Source: Spirochaetia bacterium (GTDB lineage Bacteria > Spirochaetota > Spirochaetia > DSM-27196 > Salinispiraceae). Taken from it: 64,000 bases of DNA. Position numbers and translations under genes: made by a program. Location: the NCBI GenBank assembly GCA_038204425.1, contig JBBRCZ010000003.1:32001-96000 (forward strand), in the 5' to 3' direction. Under the pieces are notes generated by a model. It made no database searches. It was not told the DNA's origin and saw only the letters and a list, made by a program, of their open reading frames with translations. Shown here one piece after another: positions 1-10,217 of this stretch (position 1 is its first letter; every line of letters begins with the position of its first letter).

Positions 1-15
1 TGTTCCGACTGTACC

Positions 16-42
16 AAAAAGCCGGCAATAGCCGGCTTTTTT
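16..42. terminator. Bidirectional Rho-independent terminator
   Basis: AAAAAGCCGGC-aata-GCCGGCTTTTT: perfect inverted repeat with A and T tracts on the two sides. Confidence 0.85.
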
Positions 43-88
43 ATTGTTCTTAGCAGCCGTCTGCGCTATAGTGCTCAACGGAGAGCCA

Positions 89-1258
89 ATGTCGGATTAT
101 TTTGATTTCTTGCGGCAAGTGTATTTTTTTAAAGATCTGAGTGACGACGATGTAAGCTTTGTAGCTGGCTATGGGACTACTGAGGTCCATGACAAAGACA
201 CCATCTTGTTCAACGAAAAAGATTCTGCCGAAAAATTCTATGTCGTACTTCATGGATCAGTTTGCATCTGGAAGAATTATGGCGAGGAAAATCCGGTTAT
301 GCTGACTGTTCAAGGCCGCGGACATATATTTGGGGAAATGGCATTGGTTGACGACTTGGATCGCAGTGCAACAGTGATAACCCACGAGGCATCTGAGTTT
401 ATTGTATTTAATCATAGAGACTTTGAAGTGATGATGCATGAACGTAGTAGTGTTATGTTTTCCATACTGAGGTCACTTTCCAGAATGGTACGTGAATCCA
501 GTGACGTATATATTCAAAGTCTCAATCTTCATAATGAGCAGCTCCAAAAAGCCTACCAAGAACTAAAGGAAACACAGGCCGAGCTTATTCGCGCCGAAAG
601 ATTTTCTTCGATTGGCAAGTTTGCGTCGTTTATCTTGCATGATTTACGCAACCCAATAGCGATGATCCGTGGTTATGGTGAAATGCTGATTTTAGAGTCG
701 GCGACTGATTCCTCTATTGCCGGCTACGCAAAAAAAGTTGTTTTTGAAGCTGATCATGTTAACCAATTCGCCAACGAACTGTTGGACTTTAGCCGTGGCG
801 AGATTCGTCTAAACTATGCACTTTTAAGTCTTGATTCATTTTTTGTTAAACTTGAGCAGTACCTAAGAGATGCCTTTGCTCGTAGAGGGATTAGCTTAGA
901 AACGGAAATAGCATGCTCGCGCAAGGTAATGCTTGATGAAGAACGTCTATTGAGGGCGGTTATCAATATCGCTGATAACTCTCGCAAGGCTAGTAGTCGT
1001 GGCGGGATAGTGAGCATAAAGGCCGAAGAGCACCAAGACCAACTGCGAATAAGTGTTGCGGACAAGGGCGAAGGAATGAGTGAAGAGGTGCTCTCCAAAA
1101 TATTTGAACCATTTTATTCCAGTTCCAAAAGCGGAGGCACGGGACTCGGGATGTTGGTTGTTAAACACGTCGTTGAGGCGCACCAAGGTACTATCGACGT
1201 CTGGTCAGAACCGGGTAGAGGTACAATTGTAAGTTTGACGTTGCCATTTGTTCCCTAG
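89..1258 (+). CDS. Cytoplasmic cNMP-binding-domain sensor histidine kinase
   Basis: N-terminal cNMP domain (FGEMALVD..RSATV), coiled coil, H-box FILHDLRNP, DKGEGM, FEPFY, GGTGLG. ATG 89 follows GGAGAG. No TM segment. Confidence 0.9.
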   Translation: MSDYFDFLRQVYFFKDLSDDDVSFVAGYGTTEVHDKDTILFNEKDSAEKFYVVLHGSVCIWKNYGEENPVMLTVQGRGHIFGEMALVDDLDRSATVITHEASEFIVFNHRDFEVMMHERSSVMFSILRSLSRMVRESSDVYIQSLNLHNEQLQKAYQELKETQAELIRAERFSSIGKFASFILHDLRNPIAMIRGYGEMLILESATDSSIAGYAKKVVFEADHVNQFANELLDFSRGEIRLNYALLSLDSFFVKLEQYLRDAFARRGISLETEIACSRKVMLDEERLLRAVINIADNSRKASSRGGIVSIKAEEHQDQLRISVADKGEGMSEEVLSKIFEPFYSSSKSGGTGLGMLVVKHVVEAHQGTIDVWSEPGRGTIVSLTLPFVP

Positions 1259-1268
1259 GTACGTAGGG

Positions 1269-2093
1269 CTAAGTCGCCGCTATTGAACGAGCAACTAAGG
1301 CTGAGTAATTCTCTTGTATTTGGAGCGCAAAATCATCTACTGAAATGTTCTTTAAACCAGCAATAGTCTGGTAAACGGACAAAACATTGCATGGGTTGTT
1401 AGGCTTTGATCTCAGCCTCTGAGGGCTTAGGTAAGGTGAGTCTGTTTCGCAAAGCAGTGATTCTGTGGGAAGAAAACCCGCAATGTCTCTGAGATTCTGC
1501 GCGCTTGGATAAGTGATGTTAGCTGCAAAGCTAATAAAGAAGCCTTGGTCGATGAGTTCAATCGCCATCGCTTGACCTGCTGAAAAACAATGAAGTATGC
1601 CTCCGTGGACTGCTGGTACTTCTCGCAGGGCTTGCAAGACAAGATCTTGTGCCTCTCGATTGTGGATTATGATAGGTAAACCAAATTTATTTGCAAGCCT
1701 AATTTGTGCCTTAAAGACAGCGAGCTGGACTTCAATGTTTTCTGCGTTTCTAACTAGATCGATACCAATTTCGCCAAGTGCGACAAGCTTCTGAAGACTG
1801 TTGTTGTCTTTGGCAAGCCGTAAAACGTCTTCTAGACTCTCAATGTACTCGTCAAATGGTTCTTCGTGGGCATGGCAAGGGTGAATGCCAAGACTAAAGT
1901 GTTGAATGCCAAATCGTCGGCACAATTCCATACGTTCTTGGTAGTCAGAAGGGTAAACACCCACATCGAGGCAGTGTAAGTCTGTTCCGTCGTCGTCTTT
2001 TAGTAAACGGCGAAGTTTCTCAAAGCTGTCTAACAAACCTGGATCTTTTTTTTGCATAGAGTGTAGGTGAATGTGAGAATCAATTACTAACAT
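1269..2093 (-). CDS. tatD: TatD family hydrolase/DNase
   Basis: IDSHIHL, GIHP, GEIGID, IIIHNREA, ILHCFS and ETDSPY motifs. Start placed at ATG 2093. Confidence 0.92.
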   Translation of the reverse strand: MLVIDSHIHLHSMQKKDPGLLDSFEKLRRLLKDDDGTDLHCLDVGVYPSDYQERMELCRRFGIQHFSLGIHPCHAHEEPFDEYIESLEDVLRLAKDNNSLQKLVALGEIGIDLVRNAENIEVQLAVFKAQIRLANKFGLPIIIHNREAQDLVLQALREVPAVHGGILHCFSAGQAMAIELIDQGFFISFAANITYPSAQNLRDIAGFLPTESLLCETDSPYLSPQRLRSKPNNPCNVLSVYQTIAGLKNISVDDFALQIQENYSALVARSIAAT

Positions 2094-2100
2094 TGGTTCA

Positions 2101-2129
2101 ATGCTGGCACGCCTGTGCTTGGATGTCAA
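2101..2129 (-). promoter_or_regulatory. sigma70-type promoter of tatD (leaderless geometry)
   Basis: TTGACA-17 nt-CAGCAT with an extended TG; -10 element ends 7 nt before the ATG. Confidence 0.6.
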
Positions 2130-2152
2130 GCTTTGCCCGCACTCTGTGGGCG

Positions 2153-2181
2153 TTGACCGGATGGGGTACATCGGATAAGAT
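2153..2181 (+). promoter_or_regulatory. sigma70-type promoter of tRNA-Leu
   Basis: TTGACC-17 nt-TAAGAT, 9 nt before the tRNA. Confidence 0.65.
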
Positions 2182-2190
2182 GCTTGTCAC

Positions 2191-2277
2191 GCCGGAGTGG
2201 TGAAATGGTAGACACAGGGGACTTAAAATCCCCCGCAACCTTAAAAGTGCGTGGCAGTTCAAGTCTGCTCTCCGGCA
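2191..2277 (+). tRNA. tRNA-Leu(UAA)
   Basis: Acceptor stem GCCGGAG/CTCCGGC, anticodon arm GGGGA-CTTAAAA-TCCCC, long variable arm, T-loop TTCAAGT, discriminator A. CCA not encoded. Confidence 0.95.
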
Positions 2278-2313
2278 ATACACCATAAATATTGATGGCA
2301 ATTTAAGCCCTGA

Positions 2314-4452
2314 CTAGGTCGCTGCATTGTCTGTTTCTTTTGGAAACTGGGACTTTAACTTAGCAAAAAAATCGACCGCCAAATCCTCTTCTGCTATTTT
2401 TTGTTCTGGAACCTTGGATTCAATAAGGTGAGCTGATATTTCTTGCAAAAAGGGTGACAGGGCTGAATCGACAGTCTGGCGCATGACGGTGCGCTGGCGA
2501 CAACTGGTCATGATGAGTTTCTGTTGAGCCCTTGTGATTGCCACATAGAACAGGCGTCGTTCTTCCTCCATGTTTGAATCATAGTCCCCTTCTTCGTTTT
2601 CCATTAAAGAGCGCTTGTGAGGAATGATACCGTCTTCTACCCCAGCTAAAAAAACCACCTTAAATTCTAGGCCCTTGGAGGCATGGATGGTCATAAGGTT
2701 AACTTTTCCCTTGATTTGGTCATCTTCTTGCTCGTCATGGTTTTGCAGGCTAACACGGTTGAGATAAGTAAAGACCGAAGTAGGGTGGTTGTCTGGATTT
2801 TTTTCGTACTGCTCTAAACTAGAACAAAAGATTTCAACATTGTGAAATCGCCATTTTGCGATCTTTTCATTGTTTTGAAACTCTTGTACTAGGTGGGGCC
2901 AGTAGTCAATTTCATGAACCATCAGTCGCAGGGTGTCAGCCATTTTCTTTCCAGACAGAAACTTTGGTCGATAGGTGTCAATTAGGTCCGAAAAATCCAT
3001 CAAGGATTGATAAGCTAGCTTGCTCATGCCGGACTCGGATTGACCGGCCAGTAAGTCTATCGGCGTGTCCTCAAAGGCTTCAAAGAGCGAGGGACCTGAT
3101 TCTCTGTAGCGTAACAGGGCTGCCTCCTGACCCATCTTTTTAAGATCTAAGAGTGCACCATAGAGCGATGATTGGTGAGTCATAGCAAGACCTGTGAGTG
3201 CTTCAATACTTTTTTTCCCAACGCCTCGCTTTGGAGTATTGATGATTCGTAAAAAGCTCACATCATCATCTGGATTGCAAATGATCCTCAGGTAACTAAT
3301 CATGTCTTTGATCTCAGGACGCTGAAAAAATGATGTGCCGCCAGATAGTCGATAAGGTAGGTTTTTTGCCATAAAGGATTCTTCGATGTGGCGAGCTAAA
3401 CTATTGGTTCTAATCAGGACGCCAACATCATCATAGGTCAAGGACTCTCTCAAGCAGATTTCCTTAATGGTGTCGGCGATAAATTCTGCTTCTTCTGTTT
3501 CAGTGCCGAGGTGGTATAGCTCAACAAGATTACCACTTCCGGCCGGGGTCCAAAGTGCTTTGATCTTCCTGTTCTTGTTGTTGGCAATCACATTGTTAGC
3601 AGCTTCTAGGATGGTGCCTGTAGAACGATAGTTTTGCTCAAGGCGAATTTCTTTGAGCTCCGAAAAGTCCTTCTCAAAATTTTGGATGTTTTCAAAATTG
3701 GCACCTCGCCAGCTGTAAATGGATTGGTCATCGTCACCCACAACGCAGATATTGCGACTACCTAGAGCAATCTGTTTCATAAACTCATACTGTCCAAGAC
3801 TGGTGTCTTGAAACTCGTCGACTAGGATGTACCGGTATTGTTCTCGGTAGGTCAAAAGAACGTCAGGGTGCTTCTCAAAGAGTATGGTTGGCAGGGTGAT
3901 TAAGTCATCAAAGTCGACAGCGTTGTAGAGCAAGAGGTGACTTTGGTACTCAGCATATATTTTCTGCGCGTGTGGGTCATCGAGTTCTTTCCAATTTGTT
4001 CGTTTAGTTTTGATGCGAGAAAAGTTTGATATCAAACGATTATAGTCCAGCTCATCACTATAAAGACCTGCGGAACGGGCCGATTCTTTGATTAGACTGA
4101 GTTGGTCGCTGGTGTCATAGATAGAAAAATTGTCTCTAAAACCTAGTTTTTTGGCGTGTTTTTTTAGAATTTGAACGCCAAAAGCATGAAAGGTAGACAC
4201 ATTTAATTGTTGAAGTTTTTTCCTAGTGAGTGCAACTACACGCTCTTGCATTTCTCTGGCAGCTTTATTGGTGAATGTTAGTGCCAAAATGGCGCTTTGA
4301 GGAATGCCATGCGCCAAAATGTTGGCTATGCGATAGGTAATTACCCTTGTCTTACCGCTGCCGGCCCCGGCAATTATCAAGAGTGGACCTTCTATGGTCT
4401 TTACCGCATCGGATTGTTCAGGATTGAGTTGATTATCAAGGTCGCTTAACAT
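2314..4452 (-). CDS. UvrD/PcrA/Rep family ATP-dependent DNA helicase
   Basis: AGAGSGKT, TFTNKAA, VDEFQD, VGDDDQSIY, MTIHASKGLEF, EERRLFYVAITRA. Start placed at ATG 4452 after AAGGA. Confidence 0.95.
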   Translation of the reverse strand: MLSDLDNQLNPEQSDAVKTIEGPLLIIAGAGSGKTRVITYRIANILAHGIPQSAILALTFTNKAAREMQERVVALTRKKLQQLNVSTFHAFGVQILKKHAKKLGFRDNFSIYDTSDQLSLIKESARSAGLYSDELDYNRLISNFSRIKTKRTNWKELDDPHAQKIYAEYQSHLLLYNAVDFDDLITLPTILFEKHPDVLLTYREQYRYILVDEFQDTSLGQYEFMKQIALGSRNICVVGDDDQSIYSWRGANFENIQNFEKDFSELKEIRLEQNYRSTGTILEAANNVIANNKNRKIKALWTPAGSGNLVELYHLGTETEEAEFIADTIKEICLRESLTYDDVGVLIRTNSLARHIEESFMAKNLPYRLSGGTSFFQRPEIKDMISYLRIICNPDDDVSFLRIINTPKRGVGKKSIEALTGLAMTHQSSLYGALLDLKKMGQEAALLRYRESGPSLFEAFEDTPIDLLAGQSESGMSKLAYQSLMDFSDLIDTYRPKFLSGKKMADTLRLMVHEIDYWPHLVQEFQNNEKIAKWRFHNVEIFCSSLEQYEKNPDNHPTSVFTYLNRVSLQNHDEQEDDQIKGKVNLMTIHASKGLEFKVVFLAGVEDGIIPHKRSLMENEEGDYDSNMEEERRLFYVAITRAQQKLIMTSCRQRTVMRQTVDSALSPFLQEISAHLIESKVPEQKIAEEDLAVDFFAKLKSQFPKETDNAAT

Positions 4453-4696
4453 GTGGTCCTTTGTTGGGCTTACTTTAGCAAACTGGCAGAACTTGACTAG
4501 CCTAGCGCCAGTACAATATAGCACTTTTACTGCTTCTCGCAAGACTACCGTAGCACTCCTAGCTGCTGATCTTGCATGAGGCGACCGTAAAGGAGCATGT
4601 CGGTTTTGGCTTACATTAGTTTTAAAAATGACCTATAAAGTAAGGGTAGCACGCTGGTATTGATTTACGAAAAATATAGACAGGGAGATTCAAATA

Positions 4697-6460
4697 ATGG
4701 ACAAAGAACTGCTTAAAAAAAAGGCGCAAAACTACATTGATTGGGAGACACACCAAGGCTTTCGCAAGGAGGTCGAAGAACTAGTAGCCAGTGGCAATTT
4801 TGATGAGCTGCACGAACGCTTTTATACTGAGCTTAGTTTTGGAACCGGTGGTATTAGGGGCGTGATGGGTGGTGGCTTTAATCGTATGAATACCTTTATG
4901 GTACAGCGAGCTTCTGAGGGTTTGGCACGCTATGTGGATAAGCACGGTAGTCTGGATCATGATTCCAAGCGATCAATAGTCATAGCCTATGACTCGCGCA
5001 ACAACTCCGAATTGTTTGCAAAAAATGCAGCTGAAGTTTTCTGTGCTCATGGTATAGCCGTAAAAATATTTCGTGCTCTAAGGCCAACACCACAACTCAG
5101 TTTCGCTGTAAGAAAACTTGGCGCGAGCGCTGGTATCGTTGTAACGGCCAGTCACAATCCAAAGAAATATAATGGCTATAAAGTCTATTGGAATGATGGT
5201 GGTCAAGTTGTCCCACCCCATGACCAAGGAATTATTGATACGGTACAAGAAGTACAAAATTCTATCAAAAGCATGGAGTTTGAGACTGCAGAAAAACAGG
5301 GTCTGATCACATGGCTTGGTGATGAAATGGATGAGTCGTTTTTGGAAATGGTGATGCAACAAAGCCTTCGCAAAGATCTTTTTGAGAAGTCTAGCAGCAT
5401 GCCAGTGGTGTTTACGCCCCTGCACGGAACAGGATACACACTCGTCCAGCCGCTGGCAAAAAAGTTGGGCATAGACTTAAAGGTAGTTGCGTCACAAGCA
5501 AAGGCTGACGGTGATTTTCCAACGGTCACCTACCCAAACCCAGAAGAGGCGAGTGCGCTCAAACTCGCTATTGACCAAGCGCGACAACAGTCTGCTGCCT
5601 TAGTGCTTGGTACCGACCCCGACGCCGACCGCATTGGTATTGCAGTTGCGCACAACAATGACTTTGTCTTGCTTAATGGTAACCAACATGGCGTGCTGCT
5701 TGTTGACTACTATTTTTCTACACTGCAAGAACTTGGTAGGCTTCCTGACAGGCCAGTCTTTATCAACACTATTGTTACTACCGAGCTTCAAAGAGTTATT
5801 GCAAAAAGCTATGGGGCTGATGTTTACCAAACTTTGACTGGATTTAAGTGGATTGCTGCCAAAATGAAAGAACTGGAAAAGCCGGGAGCTGGCGATTTTG
5901 TCATGGGCGACGAAGAAAGCTATGGTTTTTTGATTGGCGACCAAGTGCGAGACAAGGACGCCATCACCGCAACATTGATAACTCTTGAGATGGCACTTTA
6001 CCATCATTCTCAAGGAAAGACTTTAATCGACCGACTCAATGAAATTTACAAAAAATATGGATTCTATCAAGAAATTCAGATTTCAAAAGAGTTTGAAGGT
6101 TCTGAAGGCTCAGCCAAAATTGCTGCTTTGATGGCCAGACTGCGCAGCAATGTACCTCAATCCTTGGGTGGGGTAGAGGTGGCTTTACTTCGCGATATTA
6201 AAGATGGGACTAGTTTTACGCTGGCAACCAAGCAGCGTCTTTTTGACATTGATCTTCCTTCCAGTGATGTTTTGCAGTTTGTCCTGAGCGACGGTAGTAT
6301 CATTAGCGCCCGTCCTTCCGGGACCGAGCCCAAGATAAAATTTTATGCCTCGGTGGCGGCTGGTCCCGGTCGCGAACTTGCTGAAGCAGAGTCACTGGTT
6401 AAGGCAAAGATTGTCAAAATTGGCAGTGACATTGAAGCGATAATTGCTGAGATTGCTTGA
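4697..6460 (+). CDS. pgm: Phosphoglucomutase/phosphomannomutase
   Basis: FGTGGIRG, catalytic TASHNP, DPDADR, GDEESYG, RPSGTEPK; RBS GGGAG. Confidence 0.93.
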   Translation: MDKELLKKKAQNYIDWETHQGFRKEVEELVASGNFDELHERFYTELSFGTGGIRGVMGGGFNRMNTFMVQRASEGLARYVDKHGSLDHDSKRSIVIAYDSRNNSELFAKNAAEVFCAHGIAVKIFRALRPTPQLSFAVRKLGASAGIVVTASHNPKKYNGYKVYWNDGGQVVPPHDQGIIDTVQEVQNSIKSMEFETAEKQGLITWLGDEMDESFLEMVMQQSLRKDLFEKSSSMPVVFTPLHGTGYTLVQPLAKKLGIDLKVVASQAKADGDFPTVTYPNPEEASALKLAIDQARQQSAALVLGTDPDADRIGIAVAHNNDFVLLNGNQHGVLLVDYYFSTLQELGRLPDRPVFINTIVTTELQRVIAKSYGADVYQTLTGFKWIAAKMKELEKPGAGDFVMGDEESYGFLIGDQVRDKDAITATLITLEMALYHHSQGKTLIDRLNEIYKKYGFYQEIQISKEFEGSEGSAKIAALMARLRSNVPQSLGGVEVALLRDIKDGTSFTLATKQRLFDIDLPSSDVLQFVLSDGSIISARPSGTEPKIKFYASVAAGPGRELAEAESLVKAKIVKIGSDIEAIIAEIA

Positions 6461-6490
6461 TTAGCGATACTATGATACTAGCCACTAATG

Positions 6491-6832
6491 TCAAAAAGCA
6501 GGGCGATTGGCAAAGCGTCTTCGTCGAGCTGCGCGAACTTCGGCCATAAGTTCGCGTGCCTTGCTTTCTTCTAATGTTCCTTGACTTATGCGCCCATCAA
6601 GCTCTTCGATGTATCGTTCGTCAAATCGATAGAGTTGATCGCCAAGGGCGCCCGACCAAATTTGGTCGCTTAGCTGACGAGGCTCGTTTAGCATTGCGAG
6701 TAGGTCGTCGGTGATCCTCAACGAGCAGTACCAGCGGAAGTCGTCGATTTCTAAGTCAAATTCTTGCATCAGTATTTTAATTGTTGGACAGGGCATGGGC
6801 CTATGCTTACGTGCTATCGACTCTATTGTCAA
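6491..6832 (-). CDS. Hypothetical protein (about 100-113 aa)
   Basis: Fills the gap between pgm and the exonuclease with protein-like composition; start uncertain (TTG 6832 or ATG 6796). Confidence 0.65.
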   Translation of the reverse strand: MTIESIARKHRPMPCPTIKILMQEFDLEIDDFRWYCSLRITDDLLAMLNEPRQLSDQIWSGALGDQLYRFDERYIEELDGRISQGTLEESKARELMAEVRAARRRRFANRPAF

Positions 6833-6880
6833 GCTCGAGACGCTTGTCCATGCTAAGGCACTTGTGCTACTACTGCTCTC

Positions 6881-7447
6881 ATGGATCGTTCTATTTCAGT
6901 TTCTCAGCTTACTATGGTCGCCTTTGATTTTGAAACTACAGGTCTTTCTCCCGAGAGAGACGAGATAGTTGAGTTTGGCGCAATCAAGTTTATCGACGGC
7001 AAAATAGTCGGACAGTTTGAATCACTCATTGATCCGCTTAGGTCAATACCTGCCGATGCAAGTAGGATTAGTGGTATTGATGACTCAATGGTAAAAGGCA
7101 AGCCACGCTTGGCCGAGATTTTGCCTGGCTTTATGGCCTTTATCCAAGACAGTGTGCTTATGGCGCACAATGCTGGTTTTGACCTCGGATTCTTACGCGT
7201 TGGCTGTACAAGGGTGGGGCACGCACTTCCACAGAATTTGGTGATTGATACACAGATTCTGGCTCGCAAAGCTTGGCCCGGGCAAAAAAGCTACAGTTTG
7301 CAAAACTTAGTAGCCATGCTGCAAATCCCTCCCAACAAAGCGCATCGTGCCTTAGACGATAGTTTGATGTGCATGAAACTGTTTTTGGCATGTGCTGACA
7401 GACTCAGTTTTATGGGTGATATTCAACTCAGAGACGTTCTGGATTAA
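6881..7447 (+). CDS. DEDDh 3'-5' exonuclease (DnaQ/PolC-exonuclease-like)
   Basis: FDFETTG, AHNAGFD, IDT, AHRALDD. Confidence 0.92.
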   Translation: MDRSISVSQLTMVAFDFETTGLSPERDEIVEFGAIKFIDGKIVGQFESLIDPLRSIPADASRISGIDDSMVKGKPRLAEILPGFMAFIQDSVLMAHNAGFDLGFLRVGCTRVGHALPQNLVIDTQILARKAWPGQKSYSLQNLVAMLQIPPNKAHRALDDSLMCMKLFLACADRLSFMGDIQLRDVLD

Positions 7448-7518
7448 GACAGAAGCATTAGTCTCACAATTGACGGATAGTGCTTGCTCATATACATTAA
7501 AAGCTTGGGAGTGTTGAG

Positions 7519-8040
7519 ATGTTGGACTTGGTAACCCTACCAGATGAACGGCTTTTTGTTAAATCTACTGCGGTACTCAGTATCGACGATGCTTTGCTAG
7601 AGTTTATCGACGAGATGATTGGCACCATGAACGACGCGAATGGTGTCGGATTGGCTGCTGTTCAAGTTGGATTATTGCATCGACTCTTTATAGTGCACGC
7701 TCCCAAAGATGAGCTGCGAATTTTTATCAACCCCACAATCGAATTGATCTCCGATAGAGCCAACGTTTACGAAGAGGGTTGCTTGAGCATACCTGGGGTC
7801 TACTCTGATGTAGAAAGACCAGACGCACTAAGAATCAAAGCACTTAACCAAAGTGGCAATGAGTTCCAGCTTGATGCAGAGGATTTTTTAGCACGAGTTA
7901 TTCAACACGAGTTTGACCACTTAGAAGGACAGCTTTTTTATCAGCATCTTAGTGTGCGCAAGCAAGACCGCTTTCTAAAAATCTACGAAAAAAACAATGG
8001 TGTCTCTACTGCTCATTTGCGCTCAGTGGTTTCTGCTTGA
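7519..8040 (+). CDS. def: Peptide deformylase
   Basis: GVGLAAVQ, EGCLS, QHEFDHL. Confidence 0.96.
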   Translation: MLDLVTLPDERLFVKSTAVLSIDDALLEFIDEMIGTMNDANGVGLAAVQVGLLHRLFIVHAPKDELRIFINPTIELISDRANVYEEGCLSIPGVYSDVERPDALRIKALNQSGNEFQLDAEDFLARVIQHEFDHLEGQLFYQHLSVRKQDRFLKIYEKNNGVSTAHLRSVVSA

Positions 8041-9027
8041 ATGCTTCAAATACTCTTTGCCGCCACCAGTGAAATAGCCGTTCCTACACTAGAAGAACTA
8101 TATCAGCAAGGTCGCGTTAAAGCTGTTTTAACCGCACCTGATGCGGCTCAAGGTCGTAGCAAGTCTCTACAAGCAAGTCCTGTCAAACAAGCCGCATTAG
8201 CCTTGGGTATCGAAATTATTCAACCAGCAAAACTCGATGTAAATGCGCGCCAAGCCGTTAAGAGCCTGGGTGTCGATCTTTTGGTCTGTATGGCCTATGG
8301 CAAACTCTTTGGACCGCTTTTTTTGGAGCTTTTTTCTCAAGGTGGCATCAATATCCATCCCAGTCTTCTGCCGCGTTGGCGCGGTCCATCACCGATCAAC
8401 GCAGCCATTCTGGCTGGAGATAAGCTTAGTGGTATCACGGTTCAGCGATTGGCACTTGCAATGGACGCTGGGGACATTCTCAAACAACAGGAATTTGTGC
8501 TGGATGAAACTATGACAGCCAAAAATCTCAGCAATTATTGCGCCAAGCTAAGCGCCAAATTGACAGTTGAAGTTCTTAGAGAACTTGAGTCAGGCCGAGA
8601 AGAAGTCCGCAGTCAAGATTCAAGCGAAGCCACTTATTGTCATTTGATCAAGAAAGACGACGGTATAGTTGATTGGAAGCAGAGTGCCGAAACAATAGAC
8701 CGGATGGTGAGAGCTTATCATGTGTGGCCCCGCGCCCAAACTTGGTGGAACAGTGAAGTTCTCTATTTAGAAGAATCCTGTTTGCTAACTAGAGAGCAAA
8801 CTACGGAAGTGTTTACTAGATCACAGTTTGCACAAGGTGAGCTGCTACCCGGCTGCGTTATTGCTGTAGACAAACGACTGGGTTTATTGGTACAAACAGG
8901 TAACGGTCTACTAGGATTGCGACGGCTACAATTGCAATCAAAGAAATCCATGGATCACCTTGCTTTTGTCAATGGTGCACGGGGTTTTCTAGGATCAGTT
9001 CTTGGTCACGCCTCCAGCTCGCAATGA
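8041..9027 (+). CDS. fmt: Methionyl-tRNA formyltransferase
   Basis: NIHPSLLPRWRGPSPI, MDAGDI; directly follows def. Confidence 0.95.
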   Translation: MLQILFAATSEIAVPTLEELYQQGRVKAVLTAPDAAQGRSKSLQASPVKQAALALGIEIIQPAKLDVNARQAVKSLGVDLLVCMAYGKLFGPLFLELFSQGGINIHPSLLPRWRGPSPINAAILAGDKLSGITVQRLALAMDAGDILKQQEFVLDETMTAKNLSNYCAKLSAKLTVEVLRELESGREEVRSQDSSEATYCHLIKKDDGIVDWKQSAETIDRMVRAYHVWPRAQTWWNSEVLYLEESCLLTREQTTEVFTRSQFAQGELLPGCVIAVDKRLGLLVQTGNGLLGLRRLQLQSKKSMDHLAFVNGARGFLGSVLGHASSSQ

Positions 9028-9053
9028 ATCAGCCTGACCTTACAGGAGCATCC

Positions 9054-10214
9054 ATGAAGCAAGACGACAGTTCAAAAATAGTCGCCAAAAAGAAACAAGA
9101 CGGAAGCTTGCAAACCACCGGTATGCCACGTGTCAAAGCGGAGTTGATTAAAGCGGCCCCCATCGTAAAAGATAAGTTTAAGCAGGCCGGTGAACTAATG
9201 CAGACCGGCGTCAACAGAATTATTCCTAGCAAGGCAGATGATCCAGAGACTAGGTATTTTAAGTTGTTGGGAATTACTTTTGTTGGCTTGATACTGATTG
9301 GTGGCATCGCAGGAATAAGTAGTTTTCTCTTAACATTGACCAACCCCGAATCAGTTGCGGTTCCAAATGTGGTAAAAAAAGACTTACTCGACGCGTTTGA
9401 TGAGCTGCAAGCTTGGGGACTCCAGGGAAAAATCGAACAACAATACAATCCAGATCCAGCCTCGCGCGGAATGGTTCTTGAGCAAGAACCGGTTGAAGGG
9501 GTCTCAGTCAAGGTCGGACGCGAGATCAAGCTAATTGTTTCAAGAGGTCCGATGATGGGGGCGATAGGCAACTACGTCGGCCGGAACATAGATGAAGTAA
9601 GAGAAGAAATCAGGAAGCAATTTGTCGGCGAAAGTCCAATGCTTAGATTTGGAAATATCACTTACGGCTTTGATCCCAGCCCTCAAGGCACTGTCCTTTC
9701 GCAGGATCCTTTTGCAGGAAGAGAAATCAACAATCGACTTACTATCAATTTTTTTGTTAGTCGAGGCCAGGATGAGAATGCAAGACCAGTACCTGGGGTT
9801 GTCGGACTTGACTATGTAAGAGCCATCGAAACTCTCGCTCAAAAAGAGATAGCTTTTGAAGTGCGCATTGTTCCTTCTGGGGGCGAAGACGGTCCAGGCG
9901 TAGTTACGTTGCAAGACCCGGTGGAGGGACAAAACTTGGATCCCTTGGCCAAAGTTAAGCTGACCGTAGTGCAGCCAGAACCCCGTACCGCTGCTCAAGT
10001 AAGTAGACTATACAGTTTCAATCTACCCGAGTATGAATCTGCAATTGATATTACGGTCAAAACCATCGATCAAACTGGTGGCGAAACCATCCTTTATAGG
10101 TTTAAACACCCAGGTGGTTCATTGACCTTCCCTTACGTGCTCGATGTTGGAACTGAAATAGTAGTTCAAGCGTTTAATCGAGTCATTGATCGCTACACCG
10201 TGAGAAAAGATTAA
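9054..10214 (+). CDS. Membrane-anchored PASTA-domain protein (no kinase domain)
   Basis: One TM helix followed by three PASTA repeats (VPNVVKK..VLEQEP, GNYVGR..VLSQDP, VPGVVG..TLQDP). AGGAG precedes ATG 9054; alternative start 9024. Confidence 0.88.
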   Translation: MKQDDSSKIVAKKKQDGSLQTTGMPRVKAELIKAAPIVKDKFKQAGELMQTGVNRIIPSKADDPETRYFKLLGITFVGLILIGGIAGISSFLLTLTNPESVAVPNVVKKDLLDAFDELQAWGLQGKIEQQYNPDPASRGMVLEQEPVEGVSVKVGREIKLIVSRGPMMGAIGNYVGRNIDEVREEIRKQFVGESPMLRFGNITYGFDPSPQGTVLSQDPFAGREINNRLTINFFVSRGQDENARPVPGVVGLDYVRAIETLAQKEIAFEVRIVPSGGEDGPGVVTLQDPVEGQNLDPLAKVKLTVVQPEPRTAAQVSRLYSFNLPEYESAIDITVKTIDQTGGETILYRFKHPGGSLTFPYVLDVGTEIVVQAFNRVIDRYTVRKD

Positions 10215-10217
10215 AGT

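Noticed and set aside
2105..2118. TGGCACG as a sigma54 promoter upstream of tRNA-Leu
   Set aside because: GG-to-GC spacing is 9 nt rather than 10, and a good sigma70 promoter is already present
2191..2277. tRNA-Leu or tRNA-Thr as an integration site for a genomic island
   Set aside because: No integrase and no duplicated tRNA 3' end seen; flanking genes are housekeeping
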